From Patescibacteria group bacterium (GTDB lineage: Bacteria; Patescibacteriota; Minisyncoccia; Phycocordibacterales; Phycocordibacteraceae), in NCBI GenBank assembly GCA_040388985.1, contig JAZKAU010000003.1, forward strand, positions 110,896 to 174,895: a DNA stretch of 64,000 bases, read 5' to 3'. Positions 55,489 to 64,000 of this stretch are shown piece by piece. The first letter of the stretch is position 1, and each line of letters begins with the position of its first letter. The position numbers and the translations under genes are program-made. Below the pieces are notes generated by a model. It was not told the DNA's origin. It worked only from the letters and a program-made list of their open reading frames with translations, and made no database searches.

Positions 55489-56163
55489 TCAGACACTCTC
55501 AACAGGAGCATCCTTTCTCGTCCAATTCTCCCAATTAAACGTATACATATAGGTCGGGCGATGCGTCAGCGACAATTTCTTCCGTATATCACGCATGCGT
55601 CTTTTCGCGTCAGGCACAAAATTATGAAACTGTATCTGTAGATCCGTAATGTCTTTGACGGTACCGGATGCGATGAGGTGCTCAAGTAACTCGTACTCAC
55701 CTCCCTCTATGTTTATCTTCATGAGATCTATGTGGGAAATGTCGTGTTTCTGTAAGAAGGGAGTCGCTGCTTCCAACGCTACAGTCTCCTGAGACTTACC
55801 GGTCACCGCTTCTTCAAACACTGAAGAGCTTTCCGCGCTTTGAGACATGAGAGCGGTGCGGGTCGTGCCGGCGAGACCTGCCTTATATACCGTAATCTCG
55901 GGGTTATTCTCGAATTTCTTCGCAAGCTGATCGAACTGTTCCGCTATCGGTTCGAAGATGTGTATCTGCGGCTGATAGAGCGCGTGGATGCGTTCTGCCC
56001 AGGTTCCTTCATATCCACCAACGTCGAAGACAACGGAGGAAGGATTCAGGTCGTAGGTATAGCGGAGATTCCTCTCGTGCGCATCTGTCCACCTCCACGT
56101 GCCCCACCGTATGCCGAGCTTGCTCAGAGAGTGACGTACGCGATAGGCGCCTCTAATGGTCAT
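55489..56163 (-). CDS. FkbM-family methyltransferase
   Basis: VFDVGGYEGTWAERI...IHIFEP... matches the Methyltransf_21 pattern. ATG 56163. Confidence 0.7.
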   Translation of the reverse strand: MTIRGAYRVRHSLSKLGIRWGTWRWTDAHERNLRYTYDLNPSSVVFDVGGYEGTWAERIHALYQPQIHIFEPIAEQFDQLAKKFENNPEITVYKAGLAGTTRTALMSQSAESSSVFEEAVTGKSQETVALEAATPFLQKHDISHIDLMKINIEGGEYELLEHLIASGTVKDITDLQIQFHNFVPDAKRRMRDIRKKLSLTHRPTYMYTFNWENWTRKDAPVESV

Positions 56164-56383
56164 AGTAGAATTATAAAGGCTTTGGCATCTATTTGGAAGG
56201 AGCCAGAGATCCAATACGGTTCATGTATCTTCCATCGAATAAGTATAGGGACGCTCTGATGGCGTGATATTCGAAGAGGCTGATATAGGAAGGAGCTCGT
56301 AGCTGAAACTTTCAAAGGATAGAGGTAGTATACTGTCTATATAACGGGTATGAGAAAGGAATGGGCTAATTAATTCATTATTT

Positions 56384-57364
56384 ATGGCGACAACGAAGCA
56401 GCGGAGGGCTCTGGTATGCGGGGCAGGCGGTTTTATAGGAGGACATCTGGTGAAACGCCTCAAAGCTGAGGGATACTGGGTGCGAGGCGTTGATCTTAAG
56501 CATAACGAATACTCTGAGAGTCCAGCTGACGAATTCGTTATCGGCGACCTGCGTGACGTATCGGTATGTGATCGGGTGATAACGTCGGATATTGATGAGA
56601 TATACCAGCTCGCTGCCGATATGGGCGGCGCGGGATACATCTTCACGGGCGAGCATGACGCTGACGTGATGCATAACTCTGCGACTATCAACTTGAACGT
56701 AGCGTCTATCGCGGTCAAGAAAGGCATTGCCAAGATATTCTATTCGTCCTCAGCCTGTATATACCCCGAGCATAATCAGATGAATCCGGACGACCCGAAC
56801 TGCGAAGAATCCTCGGCGTATCCTGCAAATCCAGACAGTGAATACGGCTGGGAGAAACTCTTCAGCGAGCGCATGTATCTAGCCTATCACCGGAATTACG
56901 GCCTCAATGTCCGCATCGCGCGCTTTCATAATATCTTCGGCCCGGAAGGCACGTGGGATGGCGGTAAAGAGAAGGCACCTGCCGCTATGTGTCGCAAGGT
57001 AGCGGAGACGCCGGACGGCGGCGAGATTCAGATCTGGGGTGACGGCGAACAGACACGGTCGTTCCTCTATATAGATGAGTGTCTCGAAGGTGTACGGCGG
57101 CTCATGGAATCAGATTTTACCGGTCCCGTTAATATCGGTTCCGACGAGATGGTAACTATCAACCAGCTGGTCGAGATGGCAATGGACATCGCTGGCAAGC
57201 ATCTTGCTATCAAGCACATCGAGGGTCCCCTCGGCGTACGCGGGCGCAATTCCCATAACGAGCTCATCGAGAAGAAGATCGGCTGGCGGCCGACGCAGCC
57301 GCTTCGTGCAGGCCTTGAGAAGACCTATGTTTGGATAGCGGAGCAAGTAGCGGCGCGCCGTTAG
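56384..57364 (+). CDS. GDP-mannose 3,5-epimerase-like NAD-dependent epimerase (SDR extended family)
   Basis: GAGGFIGGHL Rossmann motif, SSACIYPE, and FHNIFGPEGTWDGGKEKAPAAMCRK. These closely parallel plant GME (FHNIYGPFGTWKGGREKAPAAFCRK; SFTFIDECVEGVLRL versus SFLYIDECLEGVRRL). Recalled from memory, not searched. Confidence 0.7.
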   Translation: MATTKQRRALVCGAGGFIGGHLVKRLKAEGYWVRGVDLKHNEYSESPADEFVIGDLRDVSVCDRVITSDIDEIYQLAADMGGAGYIFTGEHDADVMHNSATINLNVASIAVKKGIAKIFYSSSACIYPEHNQMNPDDPNCEESSAYPANPDSEYGWEKLFSERMYLAYHRNYGLNVRIARFHNIFGPEGTWDGGKEKAPAAMCRKVAETPDGGEIQIWGDGEQTRSFLYIDECLEGVRRLMESDFTGPVNIGSDEMVTINQLVEMAMDIAGKHLAIKHIEGPLGVRGRNSHNELIEKKIGWRPTQPLRAGLEKTYVWIAEQVAARR

Positions 57365-57383
57365 CGGCGCGTACCATCACAGC

Positions 57384-58721
57384 GTGTCCACATCTACCTT
57401 CAGCCGCCTCCGCTCACGAATGCGTAGACACGTGGTCGCGGCGTGGGAGCATGAAGGATTCAAGAAATATTTCGCCAATACCGGGTGGCTATTCGCCGCG
57501 CGGATGATCTCGTACGCAGTGTCGTTCTTCACTATCGCCGTAGTGGCGCGCTACCTCGGTCCCGAAAACTACGGGAAGCTCAGCTATGCCCAGAGCTTCA
57601 TATCCCTATTCTCGATATTCGCCTCACTCGGCATAGATAATATCCTGTACCGCGATCTCATTGCGCATCCGGAAAAGGAGGAGGAACTGCTCGGCACCGC
57701 CATCGTCTCCCGACTCCTCTTCGGATGTCTGACCATAGCCGTCGCCGTCGTCGCCTCGCTCTGTCTTGATAGCGACAAGGTGCTTACCGCGATGATAGCG
57801 ATCATCTCGTTCACGTTCATCTTCCAACCCTTCACTTCGTTCAACACGTACTTGAACGCGAAGATAGCATCCAAGTACTACGCCTTCATATCCATCTTCG
57901 ATTCGTTCTTCATGGCGGGATTGAAGCTTGTATTCGTATACCTGGGCTTCGGAATACTGTATTTTGCCTCTCTGCTTCTGCTCGAAGCCATCTTGTTCGC
58001 AGGATACTATCTGGTCGTGTATGTCGTGCGCTTCAAGGGAAGCCTGGCACGACTCAGATTCTCCGCACGCACCTGCATGACGCTCTTCAAGGATTCCTGG
58101 CCGCTCCTGCTCGCCAGCGTCTCAAGCTATTTCTACGGCCGCATAGACCAGGTCATGATCCAATACTTCATGGACTCTGCCTCGGTCGGATTCTACGATG
58201 CTGCGATGCGGCTCACGGAAGTATGGATATTCTTCCCGTCCCTCATCATCAGCTCGATCTTTCCTGCTGTCGCCAATGCGTATCGCACGGATCTCACGCA
58301 GTACTATCAGCGATTCAAAGTACTCAGCCTTCTCACGCTCGCCTCCATGCTCTGCATCGTAGTGCCGGTCTTCCTCCTCGCGCCTCTCATCGTGCACTTC
58401 GTCTTCGGCAGCGCCTTCGCGCCTACTGCCGGCATCCTACGCATATATGTCTGGTCGGGCATCGGCATTACCTTCATCGCACTCGTGCAGAGCTACCTGG
58501 TCATAGAGAATCGTGGTAAACAGTTCTTCTTGATAACGTTCGCGGGCGCGCTCGCTAACATAGCGCTCAACCTATTCCTTATTCCGCACTACGGTATGGA
58601 TGGCGCGGCAATCGCGACGCTCCTTTCGTACGGCCTGATGGTCATAGCGTTCTGTGCATTCCGAGAGAATCGGGCCGGGCTACTCCAATTCGCACACAAA
58701 AAAGTACGGAATGCCTCATAG
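57384..58721 (+). CDS. Wzx-type oligosaccharide flippase (polysaccharide biosynthesis protein, MOP superfamily)
   Basis: About 12 TM helices; KKYFANTGWLFAARMISYAVSFFTIAVVARYLGPENYGK is typical of PF01943. The start is GTG 57384 or ATG 57420. Confidence 0.7.
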   Translation: MSTSTFSRLRSRMRRHVVAAWEHEGFKKYFANTGWLFAARMISYAVSFFTIAVVARYLGPENYGKLSYAQSFISLFSIFASLGIDNILYRDLIAHPEKEEELLGTAIVSRLLFGCLTIAVAVVASLCLDSDKVLTAMIAIISFTFIFQPFTSFNTYLNAKIASKYYAFISIFDSFFMAGLKLVFVYLGFGILYFASLLLLEAILFAGYYLVVYVVRFKGSLARLRFSARTCMTLFKDSWPLLLASVSSYFYGRIDQVMIQYFMDSASVGFYDAAMRLTEVWIFFPSLIISSIFPAVANAYRTDLTQYYQRFKVLSLLTLASMLCIVVPVFLLAPLIVHFVFGSAFAPTAGILRIYVWSGIGITFIALVQSYLVIENRGKQFFLITFAGALANIALNLFLIPHYGMDGAAIATLLSYGLMVIAFCAFRENRAGLLQFAHKKVRNAS

Positions 58722-58771
58722 CCCGGCTATCGACCGCGTGCTAGAGTTAGCTATCCAATCGAACCACTCGT

Positions 58772-59560
58772 ATGCACCCAACAGTACGCGCTACGCTCAT
58801 ACATCTCATGAACAAGGTCCCGGGCATCCTGGGCCTCTATCAGTTCCTCCGAGGCTTTACCCTGCTTCCCGGTTTCTATCGGGACTACCGCGCCTTTAAG
58901 AAGGCACAAGACCGGGGCGAGGCACGCTTTCCGCTGCGGAAGCGCGACTTCTTCCTGGCGCTTTTTGACAAGACGGGTCACACGCCGTTCGATCCGCATT
59001 ACATCTATCACCCAGCTTGGGCGGCGCGCGTCATCGCGGAGTCGAAACCTGCCAAGCACGTCGACATTGCATCGATTCTTTCCTTCTCCACTGTGGTATC
59101 GGCATTCGTGCCGACGGATTTCTACGACTACCGTCCGGCGCAAGTGACTCTTCCTGACTTCTCCGGCAAACGAGGAGACTTGCTCGCGCTTCCCTTTGAG
59201 GACAAGAGTATCGCCTCGCTCTCCTGCATGCATACGGTCGAACACGTGGGACTCGGCCGCTACGGCGATCCGATAGACCCTGACGGAGACCTGAAAGCTA
59301 TGGCTGAGCTTGCGCGCGTGCTTGCCATAGGCGGCAATCTCCTTTTCGTCGTTCCCGTGGGTGCGGCGCGCATAGAATTCAACGCGCATCGCGTATACAG
59401 CTACGAGCAAGTCATCTCCGGATTCTCCGGGCTCAGGCTTAAGGAATTTGCGCTCATTCCTGACAATTATAAGAAGCACGGCCTCATACGGGGAGCGGAC
59501 CCAGCCATGGTAGCTTCGCAGCGCTACGCCTGCGGCTGTTTCTTATTCACGAAAGACTGA
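58772..59560 (+). CDS. Putative SAM-dependent methyltransferase (DUF268-like)
   Basis: LSCMHTVEHVGLGRYGDPIDPDGDLKAMAELARVLAIGGNLLFVVPVG resembles the class I methyltransferase post-motif region. The family assignment is tentative. Confidence 0.4.
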   Translation: MHPTVRATLIHLMNKVPGILGLYQFLRGFTLLPGFYRDYRAFKKAQDRGEARFPLRKRDFFLALFDKTGHTPFDPHYIYHPAWAARVIAESKPAKHVDIASILSFSTVVSAFVPTDFYDYRPAQVTLPDFSGKRGDLLALPFEDKSIASLSCMHTVEHVGLGRYGDPIDPDGDLKAMAELARVLAIGGNLLFVVPVGAARIEFNAHRVYSYEQVISGFSGLRLKEFALIPDNYKKHGLIRGADPAMVASQRYACGCFLFTKD

Positions 59561-59632
59561 AATCCGCCTTCAAACAGCCGGCCACCTATAGGTGGCCGGC
59601 TGTTTGAAGATAGTCGCTCGCGAGTAACGTAA

Positions 59633-60886
59633 CTACCAGCCACGCAGAACCTGTACGCTCTCAGGGAACCGAAGATTCTCGTAGCCCGGCCATGGACAAC
59701 AGACCACCGCAAGCGCGAGATCTGTACGTTCGAACAGCTCGTCAAGGTCTTCTACATAGGTGAGATGCTCAAGTTCAGCGGGATTGTTGCGCGGGTTAGC
59801 GGCAAAGTCATGTACGAGCACATCATACCCATCTTTCTGCAGAGACTGAGCTAAGATAAGGCCGGCGGCCTCTTCCGTAATGTGCGTGTCCGGCTTGTAC
59901 GTAAGGCCAAGCACCGCAATGGCACCCTTCCCTTTTGGTACCATGCCTTCTACTTTCTTCTGCAGATCCTCATTGCTCATCGTATTCACCTGGTCGGTAG
60001 CTTCGGCAAGCGGAGCGACGACACCCTTCTGGCGCGCGACGTACGCGAGAAGACGATTATCGCGCGGGAAACAGGGACCGCCATAGCTAAGGCCGGCGCG
60101 GAGATATTTCTTGCCTATGCGAGTATCGCTTCCCAGCGCTTCGAGGATCGTATGGATATTGGCTCCAGGAAATTGATCGGCAATCATGCGGAGCTGATTC
60201 GTGAAGCTTATCTTCATGGTCACGAAGCTGTTGACCGATATCTTCGTGAGTTCCGCGCTCACGAGTGACATTCGCGCAATCGTCGGTTGGTTGCGGTTAT
60301 ACGAGCGATAAAGCGTTTCAAGCGCTTCTCCATATTTGGCATGCGACTCGCCGATGAGTACCATATCCGGTTCGAGCAAGCCGTTGACTACATTTCCGAG
60401 CGCAATGAATTCTGGATTGTAACAGAAACCGAAATCTACGCCGCACTTCCCTTCTAGCTCCTCTTCAATAGCGGGAATGAGTACCGACTCGCAGGAGCCA
60501 GGCGTGGTCGTTGAGCTGCAGACAAAGAGATGGTCCTTCTTTCCGGACGCGCGGAGCGCGCGAGCTACCGAACGCATAGCTTTTTCAAGATATTCATTCG
60601 AGAAGCTTCCGTCCGGAAGGCTTGGAGACGGCGTAATAAAGAATGTCACGTCGGAATGAACGAGATCTGCCGCATCAGTCGTAGCGCGCAAATGAGCATG
60701 TCCACTGGTGACGAATTCCTGCAGACGAGGCTCATCAACAGGTGCCTGGCCTGCGTTTATCTTAGCGACTTTCTCCGGGTCGATATCTAGCCCCACGACG
60801 TCATGTCCTGCGGCAGCAAACGTCGCGGCGATACACGCGCCGAGCTTTCCGAGTCCGCACACCGATATCTTTTCTATCTGTTTCAT
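59633..60886 (-). CDS. Nucleotide-sugar dehydrogenase (UDP-glucose/GDP-mannose 6-dehydrogenase family)
   Basis: From ATG 60886: MKQIEKISVCGLGKLGACIAATFAAAGHDVVGLD (N-terminal Rossmann) and the catalytic GGPCFPRD-like motif SYGGPCFPRDNRLL. Confidence 0.8.
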   Translation of the reverse strand: MKQIEKISVCGLGKLGACIAATFAAAGHDVVGLDIDPEKVAKINAGQAPVDEPRLQEFVTSGHAHLRATTDAADLVHSDVTFFITPSPSLPDGSFSNEYLEKAMRSVARALRASGKKDHLFVCSSTTTPGSCESVLIPAIEEELEGKCGVDFGFCYNPEFIALGNVVNGLLEPDMVLIGESHAKYGEALETLYRSYNRNQPTIARMSLVSAELTKISVNSFVTMKISFTNQLRMIADQFPGANIHTILEALGSDTRIGKKYLRAGLSYGGPCFPRDNRLLAYVARQKGVVAPLAEATDQVNTMSNEDLQKKVEGMVPKGKGAIAVLGLTYKPDTHITEEAAGLILAQSLQKDGYDVLVHDFAANPRNNPAELEHLTYVEDLDELFERTDLALAVVCCPWPGYENLRFPESVQVLRGW

Positions 60887-60943
60887 TATTTTTTTCTTTA
60901 GTGGGAGATTTCTGTATACTATACCGAAGCGAAGAATCTGACT

Positions 60944-61813
60944 ATGATACTCACAAAAATCAGCGGGGGCATGGGAAACCAGATGTTCCAGTATGCGCTT
61001 GGCAGGGCGCTTTCCTTGCGCCATAGGGTGCCATTCAAGCTCGATATCACGGCCTTCGAGCACGTTTCGACGAACAAGTATTCGATACGGCATTTCGAGC
61101 TCTCTCACTTCTCTATAGCCGGCGGCATCGCTACGGCTCGGGAGATACAGAAGATGAAATACCCCTTAGGGAAGATCTCCCGCTACTGGCGCGGCATACG
61201 GGCACGTCTGTTTAAAGATACGAATATCCGCTTCAACTCGAAGATACTTGCGAGAAGGAGCGGTTATTTTGACGGATACTGGCAGTCGGAAGAGTACTTC
61301 AAGGAATATGCGGATGTTATCCGATCTGACTTCGCTCCCAAAGAACCCATGAGTGCCAGCGCTCAAGCGCTTGCGCACGAGTTAGTCTCGGCCGCCTTAC
61401 CTGTCTCGCTGCATATACGCCGGGGTGATAACGCGTACAACGCCGATAGCATGAAGAAATTCGGCATGCCTTCGATCGCCTATTACGAAACCGGTCCGTC
61501 GCTCATCGCCCAGAAGCTCGGCAGAGAAGACCTGCACGTATATATATTTTCGGACGATATCGACTGGGTCCGTGAGCACCTCCATCTGCACTTTCCGGTG
61601 ACATACGTATCTCAAGAAGGTATCGCCGACTGGGAAGAGGTCGTGCTCATGTCCCGCTGCGCGCATCACGTGATAGCCAATAGTACCTTCAGCTGGTGGG
61701 GCGCATGGCTTAATCCTTCTCCCGATAAAGTGGTGGTCGCGCCGTTGCACTGGGCCAATGTAGCGCCCCGAGAGTTCACAGACGTCATCCCCTCCTCTTG
61801 GATCCGAGCATAA
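60944..61813 (+). CDS. GT11-family glycosyltransferase (alpha-1,2-fucosyltransferase-like)
   Basis: GGMGNQMFQYALG and HIRRGD motifs, plus the C-terminal ANSTFSWWGAWLN. Confidence 0.75.
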   Translation: MILTKISGGMGNQMFQYALGRALSLRHRVPFKLDITAFEHVSTNKYSIRHFELSHFSIAGGIATAREIQKMKYPLGKISRYWRGIRARLFKDTNIRFNSKILARRSGYFDGYWQSEEYFKEYADVIRSDFAPKEPMSASAQALAHELVSAALPVSLHIRRGDNAYNADSMKKFGMPSIAYYETGPSLIAQKLGREDLHVYIFSDDIDWVREHLHLHFPVTYVSQEGIADWEEVVLMSRCAHHVIANSTFSWWGAWLNPSPDKVVVAPLHWANVAPREFTDVIPSSWIRA

Positions 61814-62909
61814 GAAGTACGTCGTTCTTACGCTCCCGGTGAAGGCTTGAATCCGTGGCCTTACGCCATCCGAAGGCGCGATAGTGATTGAAGACGAGCT
61901 CGTTTTCAGGAACATCCTTCATGCGCTCCCTGTTAACGATGACTTCATGCACACTCATCGCGTCAGCCTTCGGATGCAGGGTCGCTGCTATCTGCTTCGT
62001 CGGGCTCGTCGGTGCCGATTCGCTGTAGAGAAAGCTGCCAACCACTCCCTTGCTAGGTATATCCGCTAGCTCTGTATCCGAACCGCTGAAGAAATAGCCT
62101 TTGATACGCAAGAAAGGATATTTCGCATACCGCCGTATCACGTCAGGTATTGTCTCTCCCGCAGGTGAGTATATATATTCGTCGACGTCGGACATCAGCA
62201 GCCACTGGGTCTCGTTCGCGTACTTATAGAGCGCGTGGTGCATCTGCGGCACCTGCGTATACATATGCGAGTCAAGCGGCCAGAACGGCTTCATGAGATA
62301 GGGGTAGAGATGATACGGATAGGGCCACGAAATATAGGTGGCGATATTCCGATCGACGTACGGCGCGATCGCTTTCTTCACATTACCCTCTCCCGGTTCG
62401 TTATTGTCGTATATATAAAAATGTTCGACTCCCTCCTGACTATGATGCTCTATCCATTCAGCGAGGTATTCGCCTTCGTATTTGATGAGCGTCGTAACGG
62501 ACAAGAACGTGACTGGCGCCTTATCCGCTCTGTTCTCGAGAGTACCCGAGTGCAGTACCGCCCGCCCCCGGCGGACGGTTACCGTCACGTACTGCTCATG
62601 CCGGAGCGCGTCCGGCAGTAGGTAGAGCGCTATGAGACAGGATCGTTCCGGTTCGCGAACGAAGCGCACACGGCTTGAGTACTGCTTACTTCCTGCTGCG
62701 AAATCGCAGACCGAGCCTCGAAAAGCATTCTTGGCATAGTATGGAGTTATCACACAGACGCAGCCACCCGCTTTCTTAGTGACGAATACGTCATAGATAC
62801 GTGGCCCTTGCGTCAGATTCCGGAATAAGGTTCCTAGCTTCACTCCCCCGAACGTCATGAACGCGTATTTCCCATAGCGGTATGTCTTGGATAGTACGCG
62901 TGATATCAT
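61785..62909 (-). CDS. Glycosyltransferase, GT92/DUF23-like (GT-A fold)
   Basis: FLSVTTLIKYEGEYLAEWIEHHSQEGVEHFYIYDNNEP is typical of GT92/DUF23 N-terminal cores. 374 aa. Its 3' end overlaps the preceding GT11 gene by 29 nt. Confidence 0.5.
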   Translation of the reverse strand: MISRVLSKTYRYGKYAFMTFGGVKLGTLFRNLTQGPRIYDVFVTKKAGGCVCVITPYYAKNAFRGSVCDFAAGSKQYSSRVRFVREPERSCLIALYLLPDALRHEQYVTVTVRRGRAVLHSGTLENRADKAPVTFLSVTTLIKYEGEYLAEWIEHHSQEGVEHFYIYDNNEPGEGNVKKAIAPYVDRNIATYISWPYPYHLYPYLMKPFWPLDSHMYTQVPQMHHALYKYANETQWLLMSDVDEYIYSPAGETIPDVIRRYAKYPFLRIKGYFFSGSDTELADIPSKGVVGSFLYSESAPTSPTKQIAATLHPKADAMSVHEVIVNRERMKDVPENELVFNHYRAFGWRKATDSSLHRERKNDVLLMLGSKRRG

Positions 62910-62974
62910 ATGGCTATTCTAGCGCATTCCTTTTCCCTCAGGAATTACGACGCTGAACCGCTATAGCCACCAAT

Positions 62975-63847
62975 ATGGTCATTACTGCTCTCAAGGGAGG
63001 ACTCGGAAATCAGCTGTTCCAATACGCGCTTGGGCGGAAGATATCGCTCCTACGGAGCGATATCTTCAAACTCGATATCGCAGGACTCGACCGCGCGCGG
63101 ACCGTTGGAGACATCTACCGCCCCTTCGCCCTTGGCGCTTTCGCCATACAGGCCAGTATTGCAACATCAGAAGAAGTCGAGAGACTGAAATACCCCTACG
63201 GAGTGCTATCGAAGGCTCTGCGTATATTCCGGGCGAAGATACTCCGTCAGTACCATGTGGGCTTCGAGCCCGACATACTGCGCCGCACCGGCGATCTCTA
63301 TCTCGACGGATATTGGCAATCACCCAAGTATTTCGAGGACATCCGTGGCACACTCCTCGAAGACTTTACGCTCATTGCTCCCCTTTCGGGTCCTGCAGAG
63401 GATTTGAAAGCTCGCATGCAAGCTACAAATTCAGTCTCGGTCCATGTACGGCGTGGAGACTATGTATCAGACCAGAGCGTCGCGCGCGTCAACGGCCCCT
63501 GTACGCTTTCCTACTACGAACGTGCGGTCAGCGAAGTGCGTAAGCGCATAGAGCACCCTACCTGGTTCGTTTTCTCGGACGATATCGATTGGGTGAAGGA
63601 GAATCTCGATCTGCCGGGAACCGTCATCTACGTCTCAGGGGAGGCGCAGAGCGATCAGGAAGAACTGATGCTCATGGCCGCCTGCTCGCACAACGTCATC
63701 GCAAATTCTACCTTCAGCTGGTGGGGTGCATGGCTCAACCAGAATCCTCAGAAAGTGGTCGTGGCTCCTACGCCGTGGTTCAACCTTCATAATGGTGCGT
63801 ACGCACACCTCATACCTTCCGCATGGATACAAGTACAAAAAGCCTAG
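62975..63847 (+). CDS. GT11-family glycosyltransferase (second alpha-1,2-fucosyltransferase-like paralog)
   Basis: GGLGNQLFQYALG, HVRRGDY and ANSTFSWWGAWLN motifs. Confidence 0.75.
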   Translation: MVITALKGGLGNQLFQYALGRKISLLRSDIFKLDIAGLDRARTVGDIYRPFALGAFAIQASIATSEEVERLKYPYGVLSKALRIFRAKILRQYHVGFEPDILRRTGDLYLDGYWQSPKYFEDIRGTLLEDFTLIAPLSGPAEDLKARMQATNSVSVHVRRGDYVSDQSVARVNGPCTLSYYERAVSEVRKRIEHPTWFVFSDDIDWVKENLDLPGTVIYVSGEAQSDQEELMLMAACSHNVIANSTFSWWGAWLNQNPQKVVVAPTPWFNLHNGAYAHLIPSAWIQVQKA

Positions 63848-63873
63848 GCTCCGGGCCGCTAGTAAGCGTGCTG

Positions 63874-64000
63874 ATGCTCACCTATAATCGCGCGGACTTC
63901 ATCGGTCGTGCCATCGAGAGCGTGCTCGCGCAGACGCTCATCGATTGGGAGCTCATTATCGTTGACGACGGCTCGACCGATACCACGGCGGACGTCGTCG
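63874..64000 (+). CDS. GT2-family glycosyltransferase, 3'-partial (N-terminus only)
   Basis: ...LVSVLMLTYNRADFIGRAIESVLAQTLIDWELIIVDDGSTD is the classic GT2 start. The start codon is uncertain: ATG at 63874, or GTG at 63868 or upstream. Confidence 0.55.
   Translation, partial: MLTYNRADFIGRAIESVLAQTLIDWELIIVDDGSTDTTADVV

Overview
High-GC (~60%) bacterial window with a streamlined gene set typical of Patescibacteria/CPR (that assignment is inference only). Genes include a split transketolase, class I fructose-bisphosphate aldolase, PfkB kinase, rpe, rpiB, gap, type IV pilin, gatB, obg, RNase J, secA and murB. The dominant feature is one uninterrupted 24.8-kb ORF (12888..37664, minus strand) encoding an 8258-aa protein. 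Its domains, N to C, are: a short excisionase-type HTH-like head, one TM helix, about 7000 aa of phage-tail-fibre-like Thr/Ser/Gly-rich repeat modules, a block of LVIVD beta-propeller repeats, a peptidase-S74-like intramolecular-chaperone domain (SDERLKNI...), a coiled coil, and an Ig-like domain with a Pro-rich tail. The small gene just upstream (38357..39262) is a paralog of the N-terminal HTH+TM unit. The pair is bracketed by copies of a REP-like palindrome (ATATATGGAC-N7-GTCCATATAT) that also flanks, and sits inside, an AT-rich HUH Y1 transposase (RAYT/IS200-like) gene at 12143..12844. The right half of the window is a surface-glycan cluster: a Wzy-like ligase with TPR repeats, FkbM methyltransferase, a GDP-mannose 3,5-epimerase homolog, Wzx flippase, nucleotide-sugar dehydrogenase, two GT11 and one GT92-like transferase, and a GT2. 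It also carries a RelB/RelE toxin-antitoxin pair, a solitary MazF/PemK-like toxin behind an AT-rich promoter island, a 57-aa lysine-repeat histone-H1-like gene, and tandem NUDIX hydrolases with an NDT-like gene. Several clean rho-independent terminators and a structured 470-bp intergenic region with palindromes and direct repeats are also visible. Everything here is read from the sequence and remembered family motifs; no database searches were run.
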